Below, piece by piece: positions 19,426 through 28,822 of a stretch of 64,000 nt of DNA. The stretch's first letter is position 1, and each line of letters begins with the position of its first letter. Source of the DNA: Candidatus Pacearchaeota archaeon. GTDB lineage: Archaea; Nanobdellota; Nanobdellia; Pacearchaeales; GW2011-AR1. A program made the position numbers and the translations under genes. Under the pieces are notes generated by a model that was not told the origin of the DNA, did no database searches, and was given only the letters and a program-made list of their open reading frames with translations. The DNA lies in the NCBI GenBank assembly GCA_050302495.1, contig JBNLBP010000001.1, forward strand, positions 191,269-255,268, given 5' to 3'.

Positions 19426-20132
19426 AAGAAATCTCTTAAATCTATAACCGATTTTCTTATATTTTCAAAGGGAGTTGCTATTTTTGGATTGATCCCTCTG
19501 TATATTTCTCCAGGAGTTTTTATTAGTGCACTTTCGTTTTCTTCAGAGATTTCTATGTTGTTGTTAGCAGGGATTACATAAAAGGGTGTTTTTCCTTCTG
19601 CTTTTTCATCGCTGGTTGTTACTAAAGGATATATGTAATCTGTTTTTAATAGGCTGAACGGTTTTAAGGCCCTTTGGATATTGTCTATGGTGTAAACCCT
19701 TATTGTTGAATCTGATTGGAGGCTAGGATTTTTTGAACGATATCCCAGTATTTCTAGTTCTTGAATAAGGTTGTTTTTGGAAGGTGTTTCTGCCCTTGCT
19801 TTTAAGAAAATGTATTCGTTGTCTGGATTAATGTTTTGTTTGACTAGTTTTTTGTTTTCCTTGTTGAAATCATATATTATGAAAGGGAGCATTTCTTCAT
19901 TATTTGCAGTATCACTTATTTCTATCTTTTGTATAAAATATTTGTTAAAACCTTGAATTTTTAGTTCGCCTATCTCTCCAATCTTTTCATATTTTGGTAT
20001 TGAGATGTTTGCAAGTCCGTTTTCTTGATAAGTTGCTCTTGGTTTTGGATTTTCTTGTATTTTATTTTCTATCGAACAACTTGTTAGAGCTAAGATTGTT
20101 GCTAATCCTCCTAAAATTGTAGCTTTGTTCAT
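19422..20132 (-). CDS. putative secreted lipoprotein
   Basis: N-terminal MNKATILGGLATILALTSCS has a hydrophobic signal plus a lipobox-like L-T-S-C. Convergent with the giant gene; its stop overlaps 19422-19425. Confidence 0.55.
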   Translation of the reverse strand: MNKATILGGLATILALTSCSIENKIQENPKPRATYQENGLANISIPKYEKIGEIGELKIQGFNKYFIQKIEISDTANNEEMLPFIIYDFNKENKKLVKQNINPDNEYIFLKARAETPSKNNLIQELEILGYRSKNPSLQSDSTIRVYTIDNIQRALKPFSLLKTDYIYPLVTTSDEKAEGKTPFYVIPANNNIEISEENESALIKTPGEIYRGINPKIATPFENIRKSVIDLRDFF

Positions 20133-20180
20133 GTATTTTTTTTGGGATAAGTATTTTATAAAGATTTATAGAATTTTGAA

Positions 20181-20253
20181 AGCGGAGGGTGGGACTCGAA
20201 CCCACGAAAAGCCGGGTTGCAGCCGACCGCAGTAGCCGCTGTGCCACCTCCGC
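20181..20253 (-). tRNA. tRNA-Cys (anticodon GCA)
   Basis: Reverse complement GCGGAGG-TG-GCAC-AGCGGCTA-CTGC-G-GTCGG-CTGCAAC-CCGGC-TTTTC-GTGGG-TTCGAGT-CCCAC-CCTCCGC-T. 73 nt, discriminator U. Confidence 0.85.
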
Positions 20254-20276
20254 ATAATTATTGGACTAGTTTTAAG

Positions 20277-20284
20277 TTTTTAAA
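20277..20284 (-). promoter_or_regulatory. TATA-like box for tRNA-Cys
   Basis: TTTAAAAA on the minus strand, centred about 28 nt upstream of the tRNA 5' end. Confidence 0.35.
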
Positions 20285-20332
20285 ATCTATGATTTAGAAA
20301 AGTATTTAAAATGAATTTCATTTCATTCTTTT

Positions 20333-20743
20333 ATGTTAGGTGATTTAAACTATTTGTCTGTTGTTGTAGCTCTTGTAGCTAGCTTTGTATTTGGGTGGCT
20401 TTGGTATGGAGTTATCTTTAGCAAGACTTGGATGAGGCTAAATGGTATGAATATGAAGGGGAAGAAGCCTAAGAAAGGTGTTATGGCTAAGGCTATGATA
20501 TTGAATATTCTTGGGACCTTTATTATGGTTTGTGTATTTGGTTTATTGATTTTAGCTACAGGGATGATTACGGTTAGTGGAGTTTTAACACTTGCACTTT
20601 GGATATGGTTAGGATTCTTTGTTAGTACAACTCTTTTAGGAAGTGTATTGTGGGATATGAAGCCTTGGGCGTTATTTTGTTTTAATGCTGTTTATTGGTT
20701 AATCAACTTAGTTATAGTTGGATTGATTCTTGTTTCTATATAG
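20333..20743 (+). CDS. integral membrane protein, hypothetical
   Basis: 136 aa with four predicted TM helices. Confidence 0.55.
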   Translation: MLGDLNYLSVVVALVASFVFGWLWYGVIFSKTWMRLNGMNMKGKKPKKGVMAKAMILNILGTFIMVCVFGLLILATGMITVSGVLTLALWIWLGFFVSTTLLGSVLWDMKPWALFCFNAVYWLINLVIVGLILVSI

Positions 20744-20813
20744 TTTTCTTGGTTGTTACTTTGGGGTTTAGCTAAATTTTTATTTATTTTTCTGTTTATT
20801 TATTTCTTAGGAA

Positions 20814-21551
20814 ATGGAGATTACAGAAGGTCTTTCGGAAATATTTGGAATGTTTGCAGCAGATGGGAATTTGCAGGAGAATCATATTAGTATGTGGGGC
20901 AATATTCATGAAGATAAGGAATACTATGATAGGGTTGTTTGCCCTTTGTTTTCTAAAGTATTTGGAATAAATGTAAATGCACATGAGAAAGAAAGCAATT
21001 CTGTTTATGGGTTTTACATCTGTAGGAAGGAGATAATTAAGATTTTCAAGGATTTTGGTTTTACTCGTAGAAAGACCTATTCGGTAAAAATTCCACATGA
21101 AATTTTATTTTCTAAAGACAAGAACATAATTTCGGCTTTTATAAGGGGTTTTGCTGATTGTGATGGTTGTTTAAATTTTATGAAACGTTATGAAAAAGGA
21201 TATTCTTCTTTTAAGAGAAAATATCATACTTATCCGAGGATTTTTATTGGTGTTGTTTCTAAGCAAATTATTTTTGATTTGAGTTTTTTGTTGGATTTCT
21301 TGAACATTGGCCATTCTGTTCACTTTTCTTCAAAGAAGAAGGTTAATGAGGCAGATGTTTATCGGATTGCTGTTAGGGGTCCAGAAAGAATAAATAAATG
21401 GATGGATTCTATAGGTTTCAATAATTACTCTAAATTTACGAAATATCTTGTCTGGAAAAAACATGGTTTTTGTCCAACCCCTTCTTCTCTTAAACAAAGA
21501 GAATTGATCTTGCAAAATGAATTAATTCCAGAAAGTCTTTATGAAATGTAA
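20814..21551 (+). CDS. LAGLIDADG homing endonuclease-like protein (double motif)
   Basis: Two dodecapeptide-like motifs, IFGMFAADGNL and FIRGFADCDGCL, about 100 aa apart. ATG at 20814. Stop lies 35 nt upstream of the intron-containing tRNA-Leu. Confidence 0.7.
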   Translation: MEITEGLSEIFGMFAADGNLQENHISMWGNIHEDKEYYDRVVCPLFSKVFGINVNAHEKESNSVYGFYICRKEIIKIFKDFGFTRRKTYSVKIPHEILFSKDKNIISAFIRGFADCDGCLNFMKRYEKGYSSFKRKYHTYPRIFIGVVSKQIIFDLSFLLDFLNIGHSVHFSSKKKVNEADVYRIAVRGPERINKWMDSIGFNNYSKFTKYLVWKKHGFCPTPSSLKQRELILQNELIPESLYEM

Positions 21552-21553
21552 AA

Positions 21554-21561
21554 CTTTTAAA
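21554..21561 (+). promoter_or_regulatory. TATA-like box for the intron-containing tRNA
   Basis: CTTTTAAA centred about 28 nt upstream of the tRNA 5' end. Confidence 0.35.
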
Positions 21562-21585
21562 CCCTATTTTATATGATTATAATAT

Positions 21586-21711
21586 GCTCCGGTAACTCAG
21601 CCTGGATAGAGTGCCAGATAAATTGAATAAAATGAGATTTAGGCAAACCTTCTATCCAGTTAAGTCTGGAAAGTAAGCTGGAAGTCGCAGGTTCGAATCC
21701 TGTCCGGGGCA
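21586..21711 (+). tRNA. class-II tRNA, probably tRNA-Leu (anticodon TAA), with an about 41-nt intron at a non-canonical position
   Basis: Acceptor GCTCCGG/CCGGGGC + A, D-arm ACTC-AGCCTGGATA-GAGT (Leu-like AGCCTGG loop), T-arm GCAGG-TTCGAAT-CCTGT. Total 126 nt; a class-II tRNA of about 85 nt would leave an intron of about 41 nt. The only canonical loop reading is U33-UAA-G37 (TTAAG at 21660-21664). This forces the intron (about 21619-21659) to lie after position 32 rather than 37. A 9-bp helix CTGGATAGA (21603-21611) / TCTATCCAG (21651-21659) spans it. Exact junctions unresolved. Confidence 0.6.
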
Positions 21712-21718
21712 TTTATCT

Positions 21719-22627
21719 TTATATCTCAATTGTGTCAAAATCATTTACTATAGAAGAATTCTTGAAATGTTTCTTTGCATTTTTTAATAATTCATCAAGT
21801 CTTGTTTCGTAACGTTGTGAAATATGAGTTAGAATAAGTTTTTGGACATTGGCACGTTTTGCAATTTGTCCTGCTTGTCCTGAAGTCATGTGTTTGTGTT
21901 CCTTTGCAGTTTCTGATTCAGTGTCATCGAAGCTACTTTCGCAAATTAATAGATCAGAGTCTTCTACAAATTTTTCAATTTTCTTGTTGAAAACCGTATC
22001 AATTATGAATGAGATTTTCTTTCCCTTTTCTAAATAGGTGAAATCTTTTGCCTTGTAAGTTTTTCCCTTGACTTTTATGTTCTTTCCATTCTTTAATTCG
22101 GATAAATGCTTTCCGTGAGGAATTTTTGCTTTCTTTAGTTTGTTTTTGTCAATTCTAAGTTTATCTTTTATTACAAAATTATATGCGTTTGTGGGAATTC
22201 CATGTTCCATTATTTCAGATTCTAAGTATAGCTCAGAGTCCTCAAAGAATTTTTGTTTTTTTGTTACTTCTTCTATTTTTGCTTTAAATCTAAAAACGGG
22301 AACGAATATTCTTATGAAGTTTTTTAGATATTCTTTTGTATTCTTTGGACCAAATATTCTTAGTTCTTTATTATATTCGCTTAGAGCTAGGGTTTGGAAT
22401 AATCCGGGGAGACCTAGGACATGATCTCCATGCCAGTGAGTTATTAGAATTTTTGTTAATTTTCCAGGGTTTAGTTTAGCTTTACGGAATTGTCTCTGAG
22501 TTCCTTCTCCACAATCTATTAGAATATTCTCTTTTTTGTATTGAAGAAGTATTGCGGTGTGATTTCGCTTCAAAGTAGGAATGCTTGCAGATGTTCCTAG
22601 AAATGTTATTTTTATTTTCTCTGTCAT
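21719..22627 (-). CDS. rnz: ribonuclease Z (tRNA 3' endonuclease), metallo-beta-lactamase fold
   Basis: ITHWHGDHVLGLPGL (HxHxDH motif) and overall RNase Z profile. Stop lies 8 nt from the tRNA 3' end on the opposite strand. Confidence 0.85.
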   Translation of the reverse strand: MTEKIKITFLGTSASIPTLKRNHTAILLQYKKENILIDCGEGTQRQFRKAKLNPGKLTKILITHWHGDHVLGLPGLFQTLALSEYNKELRIFGPKNTKEYLKNFIRIFVPVFRFKAKIEEVTKKQKFFEDSELYLESEIMEHGIPTNAYNFVIKDKLRIDKNKLKKAKIPHGKHLSELKNGKNIKVKGKTYKAKDFTYLEKGKKISFIIDTVFNKKIEKFVEDSDLLICESSFDDTESETAKEHKHMTSGQAGQIAKRANVQKLILTHISQRYETRLDELLKNAKKHFKNSSIVNDFDTIEI

Positions 22628-22665
22628 GGAATATACAAAGAAAAAGGATTTTTATAATTAGTGAT

Positions 22666-22887
22666 TCATAACCATTTAATGTGTTTCCATTTCTCTCTCA
22701 ATTGACCTATAAAAATCAATATATAAGAAACTATTGAGAATACAAAACCCATTGAAAAACTAACTTTCCATAAATTTGTCCCAAATTCAAAAAAGGTTAA
22801 AATAAATAGGCATATCGCAAAGAAAGCCATAGCCCACCCAGTTTCATATTGCCAATTTTTGTCTGTTTGAATTTTTTCTTTTGTCAT
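22666..22887 (-). CDS. small membrane protein
   Basis: 73 aa with two TM helices. Confidence 0.35.
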   Translation of the reverse strand: MTKEKIQTDKNWQYETGWAMAFFAICLFILTFFEFGTNLWKVSFSMGFVFSIVSYILIFIGQLREKWKHIKWL

Positions 22888-22991
22888 TGTTTTTTTTAGT
22901 AAATGATACTTAATAAAATTTCCTAAAGCTCACACTATCAATAATAAGCCAGAAATCGGCCTCGCGAAAATTAATTAGGCATAATCGCAAT

Positions 22992-23243
22992 TTACTCTTT
23001 CTTTAGTGCTGTTGAAGCTGGAGAAATGTATATGATTGTATCTCCTCGAAGGAAAGTCAATCCTAAACTTTTCTTTAATTCTCCGTTTTGCATTTCTTTG
23101 ACGTTATCCAACACAAGATTTATGTGGATGTCAAAAGCTAGCAAAGTTCCTACGAACTGTTTGTCGCCTTTCAAATGCACTAAAACTTCCTTTCCCTTTG
23201 AGTTGTTCAAAAGGTCAAGAGGTCTTTCGTATCCGTTAACCAT
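22992..23243 (-). CDS. Sm-like archaeal protein (SmAP/LSm)
   Basis: Sm1/Sm2 motifs: VLVHLKGDKQFVGTLLAFDIHINLVLDNVKE ... RGDTIIYIS. Start set at internal ATG (MVNGYERPLDLL) for a typical about 84-aa Sm protein. The ORF-track start at 23330 would add 29 aa. Confidence 0.7.
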   Translation of the reverse strand: MVNGYERPLDLLNNSKGKEVLVHLKGDKQFVGTLLAFDIHINLVLDNVKEMQNGELKKSLGLTFLRGDTIIYISPASTALKKE

Positions 23244-23340
23244 AATGGGATTATTGAGAAATTTGTTTTTAAACATTTCTCTTTGTTTGAATCTGGGTCG
23301 CTTTAGTAAGGTTTTTAAATCAAATTTCAATCAGATTAAC

Positions 23341-23709
23341 ATGACAACGAAGAAAGGTAAAAAGATTTCCGGTGGGAAGTACATTAAACAGAGAAAGAAG
23401 AAGAAAAATGAAAGAACTGGTCAGAAGAAGCTGGTCAAGCTTTCTGAGTCTGATAAGAGAAAATCTTCTAAAGTTTTAGGGGGAAATAAGAAGACTATTT
23501 TGCTTAGGGCTAAGTCAGTTAATATTCAAGATAAAGGAAAGACTATCAAAGCAGAGATAAGTAATGTTCTTGAAACTCCTTCAAATAGATTCCTTGCAAG
23601 ACAGAATGTTATTACAAAGGGGACAATTGTTGAGACCTCTAAAGGAAAGGTTAGAATTACTAGTAGACCTACCCAAGAAGGAACTTTGAACGGAATTCTT
23701 GTAGAATAA
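23341..23709 (+). CDS. rps8e: 30S ribosomal protein S8e
   Basis: MTTKKGKKISGGKYIKQRKKKK...GNKKTILLRAKSVNIQDKGKTIKAEI...TKGTIVET matches the archaeal S8e pattern. The upstream part of the ORF-track frame (23026-23340) is antisense to the Sm gene and rejected. Confidence 0.8.
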   Translation: MTTKKGKKISGGKYIKQRKKKKNERTGQKKLVKLSESDKRKSSKVLGGNKKTILLRAKSVNIQDKGKTIKAEISNVLETPSNRFLARQNVITKGTIVETSKGKVRITSRPTQEGTLNGILVE

Positions 23710-23805
23710 CTTTTACTATTTTTTACGACGACATCTACCGAAAGCTTTATAAATGGAAAAGGTTTATAAACCTTACTTAAACTTTTGAATAGTAAAATTC
23801 TAAAA

Positions 23806-24738
23806 ATGGCGAATATAAGAAGATGTCCTGAGTGTGGAAGTGTTAATTTAACGTATGACTCTCATTTGGGGGAAGTTATCTGTAATGATTGTGGTCTTGT
23901 TGTTGAGGATAAGATGGTTGATACTGGAGTAGACTTATCTGGTAAGTTTGATAAATCTGAGAAAAAGGGTAGGGGTGGAGCTCCTATTTCTATGCAGAAA
24001 TTTGATAAGGGTTTAACTACAAATGTTGGAGAAATTTCAGATATCTATAGATTGGATCCAAAACATACTAGGAAATTCTTAAGATTAAAAAAATGGCAAG
24101 AAAGAGTTAGTACAAGTATTGAAAGAAATTTGAGATTGGCTATGGCTGAATTGAGGGTTATTGCTTCTTATTTGAATTTACCTAATGTGGTAAGAGATGA
24201 AGCTTCAAGAATCTATAATTATGTTTTACAGAGGGGTTTGGTAAGAGGTAGGAGCATGGAGTCAGTTATTGCTGCTTGTTTGTATGCTGCTTGTAGAAGT
24301 TATAATATCCCAAGAACCTTGGATGAGATGGCTACTGCTTCAGATGTTGAAAGAAAAGAAATTGGTAGAACATATAGATTTATTATAAGAAAATTGGGAA
24401 TTAAGGTTGCTCAGAGCTCACCCAAAGATTATATTTCAAGATTCTCTTCGGTGTTGAAGCTTAGCCCTAAGACTCAGAATGATGCTTTGAAGGTTTTGAA
24501 GCAGGCAGAAAGTGTTGAGTTGACTTCAGGAAGAGGTCCAGCGGGTATTGCTGCTGCAGCTTTATATGTTGCTGCACTAATGAATGATGAGAAGAAAACT
24601 CAAAGAGAGGTTGCAGATATTGCAGGTATTACTGAAGTTACAATTAGAAATAGATATAAGGAATTAATAGAGAAATTAGATTTAGAGGAAAAGATAAAGC
24701 AGAAAGAAGCTGAGTCTAAGAAAAAGAAATCTGAGTAA
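23806..24738 (+). CDS. tfb: transcription initiation factor IIB (TFB)
   Basis: N-terminal zinc ribbon CPECGS...CNDCG followed by two cyclin-fold repeats. ATG at 23806; the ORF-track start at 23785 is TTG. Confidence 0.9.
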   Translation: MANIRRCPECGSVNLTYDSHLGEVICNDCGLVVEDKMVDTGVDLSGKFDKSEKKGRGGAPISMQKFDKGLTTNVGEISDIYRLDPKHTRKFLRLKKWQERVSTSIERNLRLAMAELRVIASYLNLPNVVRDEASRIYNYVLQRGLVRGRSMESVIAACLYAACRSYNIPRTLDEMATASDVERKEIGRTYRFIIRKLGIKVAQSSPKDYISRFSSVLKLSPKTQNDALKVLKQAESVELTSGRGPAGIAAAALYVAALMNDEKKTQREVADIAGITEVTIRNRYKELIEKLDLEEKIKQKEAESKKKKSE

Positions 24739-24740
24739 TT

Positions 24741-24989
24741 TTAAGGAATTTCTTTTGATAAAGTGTATTTTGATTTGTACCAGTCAATTTTTTTAAGAAC
24801 TTTGTTTTCATGTTCTTTCTTTAGTTTTATATCCTTTGAAATGAACACGAGCATAAATATGAATACTCCTAATACAAGTAGTGATCCGTATGCTTTGAAG
24901 TACATAAATATAAAGAGTTGCACAACACAAAATAACAGGATCCAGAATATCTTTTTTGATAATTCAAAGGGCATTGCTTCATCGTCCAT
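24741..24989 (-). CDS. small membrane protein
   Basis: 82 aa with two TM helices. Confidence 0.35.
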   Translation of the reverse strand: MDDEAMPFELSKKIFWILLFCVVQLFIFMYFKAYGSLLVLGVFIFMLVFISKDIKLKKEHENKVLKKIDWYKSKYTLSKEIP

Positions 24990-25063
24990 TTTGTTTTTGT
25001 GTTGAATGTCTATTTAAAGGTGATTTACCCAGATTTTGGATAACAATTTTGGATAACCTAAGG

Positions 25064-25071
25064 TTTTTATA
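25064..25071 (+). promoter_or_regulatory. TATA-like box for tRNA-Leu(TAG)
   Basis: TTTTTATA centred 27 nt upstream of the tRNA 5' end. Confidence 0.4.
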
Positions 25072-25094
25072 CTGGTTTTATGATAAATTATTAA

Positions 25095-25178
25095 GCGGAT
25101 ATGCCGGAGTGGTCAAACGGGCGACGTTTAGGGCGTTGTAGCTTAGTGCTTACTTAGGTTCGAATCCTAATATCCGCA
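25095..25178 (+). tRNA. tRNA-Leu (anticodon TAG), class II
   Basis: GCGGATA-TG-CCG-GAGTGGTCAAA-CGG-G-CGACG-TTTAGGG-CGTTG-TAGCTTAGTGCTTAC (variable arm)-TTAGG-TTCGAAT-CCTAA-TATCCGC-A. 84 nt, no intron. Confidence 0.85.
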
Positions 25179-25185
25179 TTTTAAG

Positions 25186-25752
25186 ATGAAAAGAGTTTAT
25201 TTTGTTCATGGTTGGGGTGGAAGTAGTGCTAGTGAAGCTTGGTCTGGTTGGTTAAAAAGTGAATTGGATAAGAAGGGCGTAGAGTTAATTTCTTTTGATA
25301 TGCCAAATACCGAAGAGCCTAAAATTGAAGAATGGATTGGTTTTCTTAAGGAAAATGTTGTTGGTTTAGATGAAGAAACTTATTTTATTGGACACAGCAT
25401 TGGATGTCAGGCAGTTTTGAGATATTTGGAAACTCTTGATAAAGATGTTAAAATTGCGGGTGCGGTTTTTATTGCTCCTTGGATGGAATTAGATCAAAAT
25501 ACTATTGAAGAAGAAGGTCCAGAAAGTGTTGAAATTGCTAAACCTTGGATGGAAACCCCAATAGATTTTGAGAAAGTTAGAGACCATACAGATAATTTCT
25601 TATGTATTCTTTCAGATGATGACCCTTATGTTCCCTTGAGTAATGAAGAATTTTTTAAAGAAAAACTTGGAGCTAAGACTTTGATTAAACATAACGAAGA
25701 GCATTTCAATGAAACTAAGGAAATTCCTGAGATGCTTGAGATATTAAAATGA
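25186..25752 (+). CDS. alpha/beta hydrolase, RBBP9/YdeN-like serine hydrolase
   Basis: VYFVHGWGGS ... GHSIGC nucleophile elbow and about 190-aa size fit the YdeN/RBBP9 family. Confidence 0.65.
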   Translation: MKRVYFVHGWGGSSASEAWSGWLKSELDKKGVELISFDMPNTEEPKIEEWIGFLKENVVGLDEETYFIGHSIGCQAVLRYLETLDKDVKIAGAVFIAPWMELDQNTIEEEGPESVEIAKPWMETPIDFEKVRDHTDNFLCILSDDDPYVPLSNEEFFKEKLGAKTLIKHNEEHFNETKEIPEMLEILK

Positions 25753-26600
25753 ATAAAAAAGAAATTCGGGATATCTTCCAGAATCGTCTTGGGGCATCGA
25801 TTATTAGCATAACAGATTCTTCGAAAGGTGTTGATCAAAAAGTTGATATTGTTGAGACTTCTAAAGGCAAATTTGTTCTAAAAATTCCTCTTAGAGAAGA
25901 AAATAAGATTTCTAAGCAAGAACTGGGTATTAATAAAAGTTCTAGCAAAAAGATACCTGTTCCTAAGATCATCCTTTTGGATAAGAAATTTCTTGTTGAA
26001 AGTTATTTGGAAGGAGAAGATTTAGATGATGTTGTCTTTGATAGAAAGGATTTTGAACAAATATACTTTGAACTAGGTGAAATTCTTAGAAAGATACATA
26101 CAATAAAAGGGGAGAATTTTGGAGACGTGGTTTCCAATAAATTAATTGGGAATTTTTCTACTCAGAAGAAAGCTATTGAGTCTTGGTTTAAGAATGATTT
26201 GCAGAAGTTAGTAAAATTGGATTATTTTTCTAAAGAAGAATTGTCTAGAATATTTGAAAAATATGAGAATAATAAACACTATTTGAATACAAAGAAATCA
26301 GTGATGCTTCATTCGGATTTTGCCGATTATAATATTCGAATTAATAATAGAAAGATTGAGGGGATAATGGATTTTGCCGATTTATCTGTTGGTCCTCCTA
26401 TGCAAGATTTTGCAAGGATGTATATTGATCACAGCGAAGATTATAAGTTTGAAAAGCTTCTAGAAGGCTATCGGAATTATGACTTAGAAGAAATTAAATT
26501 TTATGCTTTTTGTTGGTCAGTTTGGAAGATTTATTCAATGATTGAAAATAGAAAATTTACCAAAAAGTTTTATAGACTGAAGAAAATACTATTAGATTAA
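25749..26600 (+). CDS. phosphotransferase (APH/choline-kinase-like kinase fold)
   Basis: Catalytic loop [10 protein letters not shown] and IMDFAD, the Brenner H-x-D-x4-N and D-F-x motifs of the APH/ChoK family. 4-nt overlap with the upstream gene. Confidence 0.6.
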   Translation: MNKKEIRDIFQNRLGASIISITDSSKGVDQKVDIVETSKGKFVLKIPLREENKISKQELGINKSSSKKIPVPKIILLDKKFLVESYLEGEDLDDVVFDRKDFEQIYFELGEILRKIHTIKGENFGDVVSNKLIGNFSTQKKAIESWFKNDLQKLVKLDYFSKEELSRIFEKYENNKHYLNTKKSVMLHSDFADYNIRINNRKIEGIMDFADLSVGPPMQDFARMYIDHSEDYKFEKLLEGYRNYDLEEIKFYAFCWSVWKIYSMIENRKFTKKFYRLKKILLD

Positions 26601-26601
26601 A

Positions 26602-27015
26602 ATGCACACTTATACAAAAAAGATTTTGATTAACACGGAAGAAAAAATAGAATTTGTTAATATTACTGATAAAGTTTTGCAAGTTGTTAAGGAATCTGGA
26701 ATTCAAGATGGTTTGGTTTTAGTTAATCCAATGCATATTACCGCCTCGGTTTTTATCAATGATAATGAAGGAGGTTTGTTAAGAGATTTTAAGATATGGT
26801 TGGAGAAACTCGCACCTCAGAAGTTTGATTATAATCATCATCAGACAGGAGAAGATAATGGTTTTGCTCATTTGTGGAGAACAATCATGGGGAGAGAAGT
26901 CGTTATTTCCCTCACGGATTATAAATTAGATTTTGGTCCTTGGGAAGAAATTTTCTATGGAGAGTTTGATGGTCAGAGAGATAAAAAAATTTTAGTTAAA
27001 ATTATTGGTGAATAA
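26602..27015 (+). CDS. YjbQ/UPF0047 family protein
   Basis: [19 protein letters not shown] ... [20 protein letters not shown] ... [13 protein letters not shown] matches UPF0047. Starts 2 nt after the kinase stop. Confidence 0.7.
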   Translation: MHTYTKKILINTEEKIEFVNITDKVLQVVKESGIQDGLVLVNPMHITASVFINDNEGGLLRDFKIWLEKLAPQKFDYNHHQTGEDNGFAHLWRTIMGREVVISLTDYKLDFGPWEEIFYGEFDGQRDKKILVKIIGE

Positions 27016-27045
27016 CTTTTTATACACTACTTGTTTATTTTTAGT

Positions 27046-28698
27046 ATGTACATAGCAAAACAGAAAATTAATGGAAAAGATTATTTTTATCTTAGGAAAG
27101 CTGTTCGTGAAAATGGAAAAGTTGTAAGTAAACACATGGCTTATTTGGGGAAAACTCGTGATGAGGCTGAAAAAAAGATGACAGAAATTCTTAAAAATAG
27201 AAATGATGCTAATCAAGATATGGAAACGATTCAAGAAGAAAATCAAGATGTTTTGAAGAGAAAAGATGTTTCTGTTGAAGAACTTGCTAAGTTTTGTAAG
27301 GAGAAGGGTTTTGTTTATAGATCAAGCGATATTTATGGAGGTTTTGCTGGTTTTTGGGACTATGGTCCTTTAGGTGTTGAGTTGTTTAATAATATAAAGA
27401 AGGAATGGTGGAATTTCTTTGTTCATGATAAAGACAACATGGTGGGTATGGAGGGGTCTATAATTTCCCACCCTAGAACTTGGAAGGCTTCGGGTCATTT
27501 AGACAATTTTGCTGATGTTTTTGTTAAATGTAAGAAATGCGGAAAGACTGGAAAGTTAGATGAAAATGAAGTTGGTAAAGTTAATTGTCCTGATTGCGGA
27601 GGAGAGTATGAATCTCAAGGTAAATTTAATTTAATGTTTGGAACTGATGTGGGTGTTGGAGAAAGCACACAGAAAGCTTATCTTAGAGGAGAAACTGCTC
27701 AAGGAATGTTTTTGGATTTTAAATTGATCTCTCAAACTACTAGGCAACAATTGCCTTTTGGTGTTGCACAGATTGGAAGATGTTTTAGGAATGAGATTGC
27801 TCCGAGAGACTTTTTGTTTAGAAGTAGGGAATTTCATATAGGAGAATTTGAATTTTTTATTAACCCTGAAGATGAGAAGTGTGATTTACTTGATGAAGAA
27901 CATTTGAATGTTAAATTTAGTTTCTTATCTGAAGAGAATCAAAAGAATGATTCTAACTCTCTTGAGAAGGCAACAATAAAAGAATTAATTGAGAAAAAAA
28001 AGTTGGGTGAATGGCACGCTTATTGGCTTGCTGAACAAATAATTTGGTTTAGAAGATTAAATTTAGACGAAATTAAAATTAGAGAGCATACAAAAGATGA
28101 ATTGAGTCATTATAGCTCTGCAACTTTTGATATTGACTACGAATATCCTTTTGGTTCAAAAGAAGTTGCAGGAAATGCTAACCGTGGCCAGTATGATTTA
28201 ACACAACATCAAAAAGAAAGTAAGGAAAAAATGGAAATTTTCGACGAGAGAACTGGCAAAAAGGTTATTCCGAGAGTTATAGAGCCTACCTTTGGTATTG
28301 AAAGAATATTTTTGGCTGTTTTGACCAAATCTTATTGCGTTGATGATAAAGATAATACTGTTTTGAAACTTCCGTTTAGGCTTTCGCCTATAAAAGCTGC
28401 AGTTTTTCCTTTGATTAAAAGAGAAGACTTTGATGTTTTATCGAAAGATATTGTTAGAAATTTGAAAAAAGAATTTAATGTTGTTTATGACAAGTCGGGA
28501 AGTATTGGAAGAAGATATGCAAGAAATGATGAAGTGGGTACACCTTTTTGTATAACTATCGACGAGGATTCACTAAAAAATAAAGATGTAACTTTAAGAT
28601 TTAGAGATACAAAAGAACAAAAAAGAATTTTGATCAAGGATTTAAGAAATATTTTAAGAGATTTGCTTGATGGAGAGAAAAATTTCTCAGATTTGTAA
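27046..28698 (+). CDS. glyS: glycyl-tRNA synthetase (archaeal/eukaryal dimeric type)
   Basis: FVYRSSDIYGGFAGFWDYGPLGVELFNNIKKEWW and class-II motifs throughout. ATG at 27046; the ORF-track start at 27031 is TTG. Confidence 0.9.
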   Translation: MYIAKQKINGKDYFYLRKAVRENGKVVSKHMAYLGKTRDEAEKKMTEILKNRNDANQDMETIQEENQDVLKRKDVSVEELAKFCKEKGFVYRSSDIYGGFAGFWDYGPLGVELFNNIKKEWWNFFVHDKDNMVGMEGSIISHPRTWKASGHLDNFADVFVKCKKCGKTGKLDENEVGKVNCPDCGGEYESQGKFNLMFGTDVGVGESTQKAYLRGETAQGMFLDFKLISQTTRQQLPFGVAQIGRCFRNEIAPRDFLFRSREFHIGEFEFFINPEDEKCDLLDEEHLNVKFSFLSEENQKNDSNSLEKATIKELIEKKKLGEWHAYWLAEQIIWFRRLNLDEIKIREHTKDELSHYSSATFDIDYEYPFGSKEVAGNANRGQYDLTQHQKESKEKMEIFDERTGKKVIPRVIEPTFGIERIFLAVLTKSYCVDDKDNTVLKLPFRLSPIKAAVFPLIKREDFDVLSKDIVRNLKKEFNVVYDKSGSIGRRYARNDEVGTPFCITIDEDSLKNKDVTLRFRDTKEQKRILIKDLRNILRDLLDGEKNFSDL

Positions 28699-28822
28699 TT
28701 ATTTTATCTCCGACGGTAAAAACTAATTTTTTTATTATAAATTTTTTTACAAAAAATAATTTTACAAAAAGTTTTTAAAGAATTAATACTTGATTCTAGT
28801 AATTAAAAAAGAGGTGGTCGTC

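Noticed and set aside
23026-23340. N-terminal 105 codons of the ORF-track frame 23026-23709
   Set aside because: Antisense to the Sm-protein gene. The S8e homology begins at the internal ATG 23341, so the real gene is 23341-23709.
24956-25141. 61-aa plus-strand ORF
   Set aside because: It runs through the promoter and 5' half of tRNA-Leu(TAG). Spurious.
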